Of a stretch of 20,000 nucleotides of DNA, positions 1 to 8,243 are shown piece by piece; within the stretch, counting starts at the first letter, position 1, and each line of letters begins with the position of its first letter. Source of the stretch: an uncultured virus (IMG/VR IMGVR_UViG_3300031996_000002). Taxonomy: Duplodnaviria; Heunggongvirae; Uroviricota; Caudoviricetes. The notes under the pieces were generated by a model. The model did no database searches and was not told the origin of the DNA. It saw nothing but the letters and a program-made list of their open reading frames with translations. The translations under genes and the position numbers were made by a program. The stretch is taken from IMG/VR virus record IMGVR_UViG_3300031996_000002. The stretch is one strand, 5' to 3'.

Positions 1-2555
1 GCGCTGTCCAGGTTGTCCAGGTTGGCCTGCAGCCTGCGCAGCCGGTGCAAGGCCTCGGACTGCTTGAGGATGGCCTTGGCCCGCTTCTCCGCCTCCGAGC
101 CACCACGGTTGGCCACGCTCATGACGCTGCGGATCTGCTCGGCGGTGGCGCCGTACCCGGCAGCCTTGGCCGCGAAGGACTCATCCAGCCCCTGGCGCAG
201 GGCGTGGCCCATGTAGCCGTACATGGCGGCCAGCTTGCCCAGCTCCTCCTGGGTCTTGTCCCCGGGCTGGACGTTGAACAGCGCGCCAGGAGCCACCCGG
301 CGCCACTCCGCTTCGATCTCCGGTGCGTTGGCGGCACCGGAATACCCGACCCGCCTGCCCTTGTCGCTGTCGAAGGCGAACGGGGTCTTGGGGTTCTCGG
401 CAGCCTTGGCCTCGTCGTACATCGACCCGCCGCGCATGGCCTCGACGGCCACGAACAGAGCCCGGGCCTTCTCGTGCACGTCGGCGTGCTTGGGGTCGCC
501 CTCGATCTTGGTCTGGACGTTGTTGAGCTCGTCCATCAGCTCCTGGCGCTTGGTGGCGTTGTTCGCGATGGAGTCGAAGTCGTCCCCGGCAGCCCGAGTG
601 ATGATCGGCGGCAGCTCATCGAAGTTGCTCTGGTAGAGCTTGGCCAGCTTCTGCAGCGACTCGTTGCCGCGGGTCTGGGCCTGGCCCTGGGCGATCTGCT
701 CGCGCAGCTTGGCCTCTCGCGCCAGGGGGTTCTTGGCGTCCTCGGCGTTCTCCTGCTCCACCGGGGTCAGCCGTGCACCACCGGCGTGGGCCCGCTCGGG
801 GTTGTTGGCCCAGTTGGCGTAGTTGAGCCGGTCGGCGCTGATCTTCTTGCGCCCGGTGATCGTGTCGTCGAAGTAGCCCTCCTTGGCACCCTCGGGACGG
901 ATGTACCGCGGCTTGACGTAGCCCTTGTCGGTCTCGTTGGTGAACGGGTCCTCGACGGTGCCGTGCTCGGGGTCGCGGTGCTTGTACTCGACGTTGGCGA
1001 TGTAGTACGGGAACTGCTCACGCAGCGCCTCCATGGACGCCGCGTAGCCCTCCCCGTCGAGCCGGTAGTTGCGCTGGGCCTTCTTGTCCAGCGCCGCGCT
1101 GATCAGCTCGCTGCGGGCGATCTTGTACTTGCGCTCGTCGTCGTCGTTGTCCTTGCGCGCCCGGGCATCGATGTCGGCCAGCTCGGCCTTGGTCAAGGTG
1201 GGACGGCTCTTGTACTCGTCCTCGCGCTCCTTGATCAGGTCCTCCAGCTCGGTGGAGGGCATCCCGAAGCCCGCGTACTCACCCTCCACCTGGTCGCGGA
1301 TCTCGGCCCGCTCCTCGGGGGACAGCGACCGGCGGCTGACCGTCTCGGACTTCACCGCATCCAGGGTCGAGGCGTAGCGGCTCACCATCTGGGCGGCCTT
1401 GTCGTTGTAGCGACGGCCGCCGCGGAAGTCGTCCTCGAAGTTGATCGTGAAGATCCCAGAGCGGCTGACCACCGTGACGGATCGAGCGCCAGACACCAAC
1501 CCCGTGTAGATGTCTTCGGTGGTCAGCCCGCCCTGGGACCGGGAGCGCACATAGTGCCCTCCCTGTAGGCCCTTCAGATTCTTCAGGTTGAAGGGCAGGT
1601 AGTGGTCGTCGGCGTACCCCACGGCCTGAGTGATGATCTTGCCATCGGCATTGATGATCACGCCTTCGGAGGGCGGGATCTTGCCGCTGGCCTGCTGCAG
1701 CTTGGTCCACTTCTTCTTGGGCAGACGCTCCATGAGGTAGCCCGCGGCGGCCCGCTGCGAGGCGTGGGTACGCATCGCCGGGGTGAGCTCGTCGGTCTCG
1801 TCGTAGCGCATCAGGTTCTTGGAGTTGGTGTTGGCCGCCTGGATCAACGCGCTGTCCGGGGTGCGCTCGGTGCCGCGGTAGCGGTAGGCGGTGCGGCGCA
1901 GGTGCGGACCGACCACCTTCTCGGCCTCCGGGCCGTACTTGCCGAAGAACCCGGCCACCCCGGTGGCGGCCTGCATCTTGGGCCCGCCCACCCCGTGCAG
2001 GGCCTGGGACCCGGCGGCGATCCGGTCGTAGGTGCGCTTGTTGGTCGAGGCGTACAGCGGGTCGGACTTGTTCCAGGAGTCCTGGAAGGCGGTGGTGCGC
2101 CCACCGGTCTCGGCCAGTGCCGAGGTGAGGTTGAACTCCGGGCCGACCATGACGTTGCCGCGCTGGTACTTCTTGCCCTTGGGGGTCTTGCCCTGCTTCT
2201 CCCGGGAGATGGACACCGACCAGCGGCCGCCCTTCCCGCGGGGCTGCTCGCGGTGGTAGAGCTCCTCGTAGGGGGTGCTGCCCTTGGACACCACACCCAC
2301 CACCGCAGCGGCCTGCTTGGCCCCGTCGACGGCTCCCTTGGAGACCAGCGAGACGGCGGCCTTGGCCACGGTGTCGGCCAGCCGCTTGTGCACCGCGGCG
2401 GTGTGCCGCTCCAGGGTGCGCCGGTTGGCCTCGATGTCAGCCATCAAGGTGTCGTAGGTGGCCAGCCGCATGAACATCTCGGCCTCATCTGCATCCATCT
2501 TCGACACGATGCTGCGCACCTTGGCCGCAAACTGCGCGTTGTAGAACTCGTCCAT
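1..2555 (-). CDS. Large (>851 aa, runs off the window edge) probable head/virion-associated protein with a degenerate JAB/MPN-like segment
   Basis: Not in the ORF track because it has no stop in the window. ATG at 2555 with AGGAGG 7 nt upstream; the frame reads open to base 3 with G/C-ending codons. Translation begins MDEFYNAQFAAKVRSIVSKMDAD, contains HREQPRGKGGRW (resembles the HPR..GRF motif of phage head-associated proteins) and SEGVIINADG...RSRSQGGLTTEDI. Confidence 0.85.
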   Translation of the reverse strand, partial: MDEFYNAQFAAKVRSIVSKMDADEAEMFMRLATYDTLMADIEANRRTLERHTAAVHKRLADTVAKAAVSLVSKGAVDGAKQAAAVVGVVSKGSTPYEELYHREQPRGKGGRWSVSISREKQGKTPKGKKYQRGNVMVGPEFNLTSALAETGGRTTAFQDSWNKSDPLYASTNKRTYDRIAAGSQALHGVGGPKMQAATGVAGFFGKYGPEAEKVVGPHLRRTAYRYRGTERTPDSALIQAANTNSKNLMRYDETDELTPAMRTHASQRAAAGYLMERLPKKKWTKLQQASGKIPPSEGVIINADGKIITQAVGYADDHYLPFNLKNLKGLQGGHYVRSRSQGGLTTEDIYTGLVSGARSVTVVSRSGIFTINFEDDFRGGRRYNDKAAQMVSRYASTLDAVKSETVSRRSLSPEERAEIRDQVEGEYAGFGMPSTELEDLIKEREDEYKSRPTLTKAELADIDARARKDNDDDERKYKIARSELISAALDKKAQRNYRLDGEGYAASMEALREQFPYYIANVEYKHRDPEHGTVEDPFTNETDKGYVKPRYIRPEGAKEGYFDDTITGRKKISADRLNYANWANNPERAHAGGARLTPVEQENAEDAKNPLAREAKLREQIAQGQAQTRGNESLQKLAKLYQSNFDELPPIITRAAGDDFDSIANNATKRQELMDELNNVQTKIEGDPKHADVHEKARALFVAVEAMRGGSMYDEAKAAENPKTPFAFDSDKGRRVGYSGAANAPEIEAEWRRVAPGALFNVQPGDKTQEELGKLAAMYGYMGHALRQGLDESFAAKAAGYGATAEQIRSVMSVANRGGSEAEKRAKAILKQSEALHRLRRLQANLDNLDS

Positions 2556-2585
2556 CAACAGACCTCCTGGGTCTATCTTCTCGGG

Positions 2586-2792
2586 TCAGTCCTCCCAGGC
2601 GATGGTGGTGGCTCCGCCATGGCCGTGAATGGCCTGCACATCCTCGATCCCAGGCCAGATCACGGTGGAGGACCGCTCCCCTCGCCAGCGCACCACCACC
2701 TGCCCGTCGCGGAACTGCACCCCGTCGGCCACGATCCCGGTCCCGGAGATCCCCGAGGGATCGCGGTGGCGGACCAGGTGGAAGCGACGCAT
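2586..2792 (-). CDS. Small conserved-type actinobacterial/phage hypothetical protein (68 aa)
   Basis: ATG at 2792 overlaps the upstream stop (TGATG). MRRFHLVRHRDPSGISGTGIVADGVQFRDGQVVVRW...HGHGG. Shorter than the 81-aa track call. Confidence 0.8.
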   Translation of the reverse strand: MRRFHLVRHRDPSGISGTGIVADGVQFRDGQVVVRWRGERSSTVIWPGIEDVQAIHGHGGATTIAWED

Positions 2793-3043
2793 CAGAACTT
2801 GCCGCCGGTGACGAAGTGCAACACCAGCCAAGCCATGAAGGCCAGCAGGGCGAAGCGCCTCAGTCGTAGGCCCACCGTCCTGGGACGCTTGCCGTCATCC
2901 TTGGAGCCCGCCTGGGGGATGGCGAACCACTTCCAGACGTGCTCGGACAGGGTGTCCCCGTTGACCTTGTTGGTCAGCGCGAAGCCCTCCTCGACCGCGA
3001 ACGCCGCGACCCAGAGCAGCCAGCCGACCGTCCACAGGCTCAT
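2792..3043 (-). CDS. Membrane protein with two hydrophobic segments (83 aa) next to the holin
   Basis: ATGA overlap with the holin stop at 3040-3043. MSLWTVGWLLWVAAFAVEEG...TLSEHVWKWF...FALLAFMAWLVLHF. This is the real C-terminal part of track ORF 2792..4243. Confidence 0.8.
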   Translation of the reverse strand: MSLWTVGWLLWVAAFAVEEGFALTNKVNGDTLSEHVWKWFAIPQAGSKDDGKRPRTVGLRLRRFALLAFMAWLVLHFVTGGKF

Positions 3044-3279
3044 GCCGGTGGCTGCACTGACTCTTGCTGGTGCTCGGCCTGGGGGTCCTTGTTGGGTACC
3101 GACCAGACGACGCTGGCGGTCACCACACCGGTGAGCAGCGAGACCAGCCACTCGGTGCCGGTGATGGTGCTGCCTCCCGGCGTGCCGTTCTGGGTGGCCG
3201 CGATGAGCGAGCTGGCAACCGGGGCAACGAAGCCGACGATGGCCTTGGCGTAGGGCAGGATCTGGTCGACCTTGGACAT
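3040..3279 (-). CDS. Putative holin (79 aa, two hydrophobic segments)
   Basis: Directly abuts the endolysin stop. KAIVGFVA...ITGTEWL...VVWSVPN pattern resembles actinophage holins, with a hydrophilic C-terminal tail. Confidence 0.75.
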   Translation of the reverse strand: MSKVDQILPYAKAIVGFVAPVASSLIAATQNGTPGGSTITGTEWLVSLLTGVVTASVVWSVPNKDPQAEHQQESVQPPA

Positions 3280-4119
3280 CTAGAACGCTCCGGTGTTGAG
3301 CCGCCGCTGCAGGGCGGAGATGGTGACCGGACCGGCGATGCCGTCCGGGGTGACCTTGAGGCGGCGCTGGACGCCCTTCCAGGTGACCGGCCCCAAGATG
3401 CCGTCCACGCTGACCCCCACGACCTTCTGGACCGCCCTGATCAGCAGGCTGGGCCGGGAGATGACCCCGTCGACCGGGGTGTGCAGGATCTGCTGCCAGC
3501 GAGCGATGGTGCGCACCCCCAGGATCCCGTCCACGGTCAGCTGGGCCACGAACGGCTTGGCCGGGTACTTGGGCTTGGCCGGGGTCGGCGGGGTGGCGGG
3601 CAGGTTGGCGTGCACCAGGGTCAGGAAGAAGTTGACCGGGAAGTTCGGGCCCGGGTCCCAGTGGGTGGAGCGCTTGAACACCCGGGACACCTGGACGTGG
3701 GTGGTGATGCCCTTGGTCTTGCCATCGGCCAGCTGGGCGTCGGTCAGGTAGGAGGCCGGGATCTTGTAGGCGGCACACCAGTTGGCCACCTCGATGGCCC
3801 CCCGGGTCAGGATCGCCTGGGAGGACGCGTCGTCCCACTGCCCGGTGGTCTGCCCGGCTCGACCGGCCATCTCCAGCTGCAGCCCATCGGCGTTGGCTCC
3901 CGGGGCGGCCCAGGCGGTGTCGTTGTCGTCCACGTAGCGACAGGTGGAGTCGGTGTCCACGCCCAGGTGCGCGCTGGCCTGGGTGGTGGGCTTGGCGAAG
4001 TAGTTGCCCACCGCCTCGGCGACCGAGCCGTCCTCGTCGGTCTCCATGGTGTGCAGCACGATCACCCGGATCGGGGAGATCCGGCCCTCGTACTTGTTGG
4101 GGCTGTAGATCGTGCTCAT
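3280..4119 (-). CDS. Endolysin: N-acetylmuramoyl-L-alanine amidase with C-terminal peptidoglycan-binding repeats (279 aa)
   Basis: Amidase motifs IVLHTME, ASAH, LEM, TTH, HWDPG, then a Pro-rich linker and four DG-(I/V)...Q repeats (e.g. VDGILGVRTIARWQ). ATG at 4119 has GGAG upstream and an ATGA overlap. Confidence 0.92.
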   Translation of the reverse strand: MSTIYSPNKYEGRISPIRVIVLHTMETDEDGSVAEAVGNYFAKPTTQASAHLGVDTDSTCRYVDDNDTAWAAPGANADGLQLEMAGRAGQTTGQWDDASSQAILTRGAIEVANWCAAYKIPASYLTDAQLADGKTKGITTHVQVSRVFKRSTHWDPGPNFPVNFFLTLVHANLPATPPTPAKPKYPAKPFVAQLTVDGILGVRTIARWQQILHTPVDGVISRPSLLIRAVQKVVGVSVDGILGPVTWKGVQRRLKVTPDGIAGPVTISALQRRLNTGAF

Positions 4120-5510
4120 CGGATTCTCCGGATCGCGTCGGGCGGACACTTGCGCAGGCGACCACGCCTCTGTCCTGAGGATCCGGCCACGTGCAACTCA
4201 CTCGGATCCGGGCCCATCTTGGAGACCTCCGAACGGATGCCATCCCAGGGCTGGTAGGACTTGTTCACCTTGTGGTCTCGATAGGCCGCGACGCCCACAC
4301 CAGCTCCTACGGTGCCGCCCGCGGCATACCGGATGGCTCGGTTCCGGCGCTTGCGTCGCCTCCAGTCGACGTACTGGTTGCCGTGGAACGCATCACCGGG
4401 AGTGCCAAAGTCCGGCTTGGGCTCAGGGGCCTTGTATCCCCAGGCCGGGGAGTAGAAGTGTTGGCCCGGACCCAGTCTCTTGTCGTCCTCCGTCTTGATC
4501 CGTGCGCCCCGAGCGATGGCGATTTTGTCCTGGACCATGCGGTAGTCACCGGCTTCCCGGGGGCTGAGACCTGAGCCAACGAGATGAGAAAGCATCTGGT
4601 ACCCCGGGTCGGAGGCCGCCGCCGCGTATCCGCTGTGGGCGCTCGCTTCGCCCGCACCAGGCTGGATGCGGAAGTAGGACGCCCCGGTCATGTCGGCCCT
4701 GGCCTCCTCGCTGCCCCGCTTGCCGTTGAGGTGGTTCTGGAAGGTACGGTACGAGGAGCGCTTGGGGGTCAGATGGGCTATCTCGTGGGCCAGGGTCTGC
4801 GCGTCGGTGTCAGCGGGGGCAACGATGTAGCGTTCGCCCCGGCGACCGCCCAAGGTCACGGCGTAGGCAAGAGCGTTGCGGTCGATCTTCCCCGGATTGG
4901 CCTGGATGAGGGTGATCTTCCCGCGCTTGGTCTGGATGGTCCGAGTCGGCTGGCCCTCGTGGATGTTGATCGCATCCCGCATGCTGCTCAGGTACCGGCG
5001 ATAGGTCACGGCGTTGTTGGGGTCCACCTCGCCGGTGGCCGTGTTGAACCGGATCCGCTGCTTGCCCTTCTTGCCCATCCGGGTGGCCTCATAGCCATGG
5101 GAAGAGCGCAGCTTGGCGCCTCGACGCAGCGCTTCAGCGCCCGCCTCCGTGGCCTTGACGTACCCCTGGCCGGGGATGAAGGACTTGGCCACCGCCGGGC
5201 GCAGCCGCCCCTGTCCGCTGGCGGTCTCGCGGATCAGCTTGTCCTTGTCGTTGAGGCTGGACACGTCGTAGGAGACGCTGCGGATGGTCTCGGCCGCCTT
5301 GGTGCGTCCGGTGGTGATCACCTTGGAGCCCACCCGCTTGACGGTGGGCAGGTGCCGATCCACCAGAGGCCGCGGGGTGGGCTTGCGCCGCTTGGCGGCA
5401 TACGGCTCGACCCGGTCGGCCACCCGGGAGAGCTTGACCGTCCAGTGCGCCCCAGCCACGTGTGGGATGTCCCGTGGGGCCATCTTCTCCACACCCAGGT
5501 CGTCATTCAC
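4116..5510 (-). CDS. Basic 464-aa protein with a zincin-like HExxH metallopeptidase motif, possibly virion-packaged
   Basis: QTLAHEIAHL (4773-4787) followed by EEARAD; Gly/Ala-rich hydrophobic C-terminal segment; GTGA and ATGA overlaps at both ends. Confidence 0.75.
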   Translation of the reverse strand: MNDDLGVEKMAPRDIPHVAGAHWTVKLSRVADRVEPYAAKRRKPTPRPLVDRHLPTVKRVGSKVITTGRTKAAETIRSVSYDVSSLNDKDKLIRETASGQGRLRPAVAKSFIPGQGYVKATEAGAEALRRGAKLRSSHGYEATRMGKKGKQRIRFNTATGEVDPNNAVTYRRYLSSMRDAINIHEGQPTRTIQTKRGKITLIQANPGKIDRNALAYAVTLGGRRGERYIVAPADTDAQTLAHEIAHLTPKRSSYRTFQNHLNGKRGSEEARADMTGASYFRIQPGAGEASAHSGYAAAASDPGYQMLSHLVGSGLSPREAGDYRMVQDKIAIARGARIKTEDDKRLGPGQHFYSPAWGYKAPEPKPDFGTPGDAFHGNQYVDWRRRKRRNRAIRYAAGGTVGAGVGVAAYRDHKVNKSYQPWDGIRSEVSKMGPDPSELHVAGSSGQRRGRLRKCPPDAIRRIR

Positions 5511-5788
5511 GTCTTCGTCCTGTGCTTTCGGGGGTTGGAGGGATGGTCGTCAAAGCTCTTGGCGAACCGGTTGGCATACCGGGCGCCGAACCACAGCCAG
5601 GAGCCGGTGAAGAAGAAGACCAGGGAGAACACCGCGGACACCCAGACCCACCAGCTGGGCACCGAGGCGTCGGAGGCGATCCGCAGCGCATCAGAGCCGC
5701 GGACCACCCCCTGGATCCAGAAGGCTCCGGCCAACACGCGCAGCGCGACGATGAGCACGTGAATCAAGCGGTACTGGTCGGAGCTCAT
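5507..5788 (-). CDS. Membrane protein (93 aa, two hydrophobic segments)
   Basis: Hydrophobic stretches LIHVLIVALRVLAGAFWI and WWVWVSAVFSLVFFFTGSWLWFG; fills the gap between coupled genes. Confidence 0.75.
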   Translation of the reverse strand: MSSDQYRLIHVLIVALRVLAGAFWIQGVVRGSDALRIASDASVPSWWVWVSAVFSLVFFFTGSWLWFGARYANRFAKSFDDHPSNPRKHRTKT

Positions 5789-5791
5789 GGA

Positions 5792-6706
5792 TCAACCGCA
5801 GAGTGAGGACTTGGCGGTGCCCACGATGCAGGTCTGCTGCATGGTCAGGAACGCGTCGTCCTCCCAGGCCTGCCAGAAGTCGGCGTGCATCGAGGCGCCG
5901 TTGGTGGTGTTGGCCATGGCGTCGGAGGTGACCGCCAGGTACTGCACCGGGACCTTGTCCGGGTTGGGGAACTGGATGGTCTCGCGCAGCTGGAGCATCT
6001 TGCGCGGGAAGGCGGAGGGGCAGACCCAGTTCTTGCCGCTCTTGACCGGGTAGGCGTAGTGGGCGTTGTCCCGGGTGTCCCCGGTGTCGCTGGCACTGTG
6101 GGTGGGCTTGACGCCATCCCAGCAGGACGGGAAGTTGATGTGCGCGGTGAGCACGTAGCCCGCCTTCTGGGACAGGTTGGAGCAGTCCGGGATGGTGGCG
6201 GTGCTGCCGGTGCCGGAGAACTGCCCGCAGGACCAGCCGTGCGCCCCGGGGGAGACCGAGGTCTGCGGGGCCACCAGGCGGGTGTCCGGCGGGAACAGCT
6301 CGGCGCTGGAGGCCGGGCCGTGGCTCTTGCCATCGAAGGTGCGGTAGTAGGCGGTGAAGGCCTGCGGAGCCAGCGTCTTGCCGGTGCGGGTGTCCACCAC
6401 GGCGGGCACCCAGTACCCGGCGGTGTCCCCGGTGTCGGCGCAGTTGGTGCCCTGGCCCTTGAGGTCACCGAGGTTGGCCGTGTTGGGGTTGGCCAGGCTC
6501 AGCCAGGAGTTGTTGCCGAAGAACTGATGCAGGTGCTGCATCATCGAGGGCTCTTCGTTATGTCGCACGATGGGATCGACATTGGCCGTCCCGGTGGTCT
6601 GCTTGCACTTGATCTTGGCCAGTGCATTGGCATCGGTGGCAGTGACTCCAATCCCGATGGCAGCTAAGGCGAATGCCGCGAGAACGGCGATGACACGTCT
6701 GTGCAT
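5792..6706 (-). CDS. Secreted DUF1996-domain protein (304 aa)
   Basis: Sec-type signal peptide (MHRRVIAVLAAFALAAIGIGVTATDANA). DUF1996 motifs DPIV, HLHQFFGN, YWVP, YY, FPSCWDG, CP..FP, HADF. Confidence 0.88.
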   Translation of the reverse strand: MHRRVIAVLAAFALAAIGIGVTATDANALAKIKCKQTTGTANVDPIVRHNEEPSMMQHLHQFFGNNSWLSLANPNTANLGDLKGQGTNCADTGDTAGYWVPAVVDTRTGKTLAPQAFTAYYRTFDGKSHGPASSAELFPPDTRLVAPQTSVSPGAHGWSCGQFSGTGSTATIPDCSNLSQKAGYVLTAHINFPSCWDGVKPTHSASDTGDTRDNAHYAYPVKSGKNWVCPSAFPRKMLQLRETIQFPNPDKVPVQYLAVTSDAMANTTNGASMHADFWQAWEDDAFLTMQQTCIVGTAKSSLCG

Positions 6707-6708
6707 GG

Positions 6709-7359
6709 TTAGCCCTTCGTCTTGGAGGGGATGGCGAACTCCCCGTCCTCCTTGATGAGCTGCTCCAGGTCGGAGAAGGACAGCCAGGCGTTGCCGTCAA
6801 CGCCCCAGTCCTTTCCCCAGGAGTTGTAGAGCAGCACTGCTTCCCTGCGAAAATCGATGCCGCCAACGCAAATGGCGTGACCCCCGGCGAGCTTTCCGCT
6901 GCGGTGCAGAAAGCCCTTGTCATCGGGGGTGAACATGTCCTGATACCAGTTGATGCCGATCTGCACCGGGCCCAGGTAGGACACCGCGTGCTGGACCTCC
7001 TCCAAGGTGGTGCACCAGCGGTACTTGCTGATCTGCTTCTCGGCCTTGAGGGCCTGCATGGCGCCCAGCACCGAGGAGCCCTCGTAGTCCTCCCCCGGCC
7101 ACTGATCGTTGCGCTGGGCCGCGTGGTACAGGTCCTCGGCACCTGCCTGGGTGTAGCGCGGCTGGATGGCCTTGGGGGTGGTGGACATGACATGCGCCCC
7201 GGAGAAGCCCACGCAGGCCCCCTCCTGGCCCTGGTCCAGCCAGGTGTCCCGGCGCCAGATGCAGTTGCGCACGTGCAGGTTGGGCTCGGTCTTGGCGATC
7301 GTGTAGCTCAGCGACCGGGGGTCGTAGCGGGGCTTCCAGTCAAGGACACGGTTAGGCAT
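6709..7359 (-). CDS. Papain-like (C1 family) cysteine peptidase (216 aa)
   Basis: DQGQEGACVGFS (oxyanion Gln and catalytic Cys), GGHAI (His), NSWGKDWG (Asn). Confidence 0.92.
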   Translation of the reverse strand: MPNRVLDWKPRYDPRSLSYTIAKTEPNLHVRNCIWRRDTWLDQGQEGACVGFSGAHVMSTTPKAIQPRYTQAGAEDLYHAAQRNDQWPGEDYEGSSVLGAMQALKAEKQISKYRWCTTLEEVQHAVSYLGPVQIGINWYQDMFTPDDKGFLHRSGKLAGGHAICVGGIDFRREAVLLYNSWGKDWGVDGNAWLSFSDLEQLIKEDGEFAIPSKTKG

Positions 7360-7639
7360 GGGGGGCCGCCTTCTTGATCGCCGCGTACCCGGCCAGCGCC
7401 AGGGACTGCTCGGCCTTGTGGGTCTTGGGTGGGGTGGTGCCCTTGAGCAGGGCGTCGAGCACGGCGTGGATGTTGTAGTGGCCGGTGTCGCAGACCAGCA
7501 CCAGGTTGGTGGGCACCGTGGGGCCGCCGTACTCCTGGGGCCAGATGTGGTGCTTGACGGTGCGCAGTGGGCGCGGCCAGTGGTACTTGTGCACCTCGCA
7601 GGAGTTGCCCGCCAGGGTCAGGTGCGGCTCGTGGCTCAT
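7352..7639 (-). CDS. Small HNH endonuclease (95 aa)
   Basis: HHIWPQEYGGPTVPTNLVLVCDTGHYNIH core; 8-nt ATGCCTAA overlap with the peptidase gene. Confidence 0.85.
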   Translation of the reverse strand: MSHEPHLTLAGNSCEVHKYHWPRPLRTVKHHIWPQEYGGPTVPTNLVLVCDTGHYNIHAVLDALLKGTTPPKTHKAEQSLALAGYAAIKKAAPHA

Positions 7640-7643
7640 GGCC

Positions 7644-8243
7644 TCAGCCAGCTCTGACGATCAGCAGGTCGAACCCGGAGATCGCCCAGTTCAGGGTTCC
7701 GGCATAGACCATGGGGCGGAAGGTGGTCTGCGGTCCTGCCACCAGGGTCGAGGATCCGGTCAGCACCAGCTGCTCGTTGGCGAACAGCCAGGAGTAGTCC
7801 ACCGAGTAGTACGCCGCGTAGGGGGAGGAACCCTGCGGGCGCTGCGCGCCGCCCCAGTCCAGCGAGGCGTAGATCATCTTCTCCACGCTGCCCGCCGGGG
7901 GCGCGGAGGCGGTGCCCACGTAGACCGACAGGTTCATCGTGTACAGCCCGTTCTCGGCGCAGACCACGCGCCCCGAGCCATCCACGGTGGCCACGCTGGT
8001 ATTGACCGCCTGTGCCTCGGCGGGCACATAGGTGTAGTTGTTGGCGGTCACCGGGTAGGTCGTCAGCGAGTCCGAGCCCTGGGCCCGGAAGGTGGCCAGA
8101 GCCCCCACCCTGGAGCCACCGGGGGTCATCGTCCAGCTGCCCACCCCGGCATCCCAGGCGTAGGCGTTGGCGGCGGTCTTGTCCGCCAGCTTGCGGTTGG
8201 CCCAGTAGTCGCCGTAGGTGAACGAGACCTGCTCTTCACTCAT
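7644..8243 (-). CDS. Beta-rich hypothetical, possible virion structural protein (199 aa)
   Basis: ATG at 8243 in ATGA overlap with the portal stop, AGGAAGAAGG upstream; rich in T/S/G/Y/V. This is the real part of track ORF 7644..9482. Confidence 0.75.
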   Translation of the reverse strand: MSEEQVSFTYGDYWANRKLADKTAANAYAWDAGVGSWTMTPGGSRVGALATFRAQGSDSLTTYPVTANNYTYVPAEAQAVNTSVATVDGSGRVVCAENGLYTMNLSVYVGTASAPPAGSVEKMIYASLDWGGAQRPQGSSPYAAYYSVDYSWLFANEQLVLTGSSTLVAGPQTTFRPMVYAGTLNWAISGFDLLIVRAG

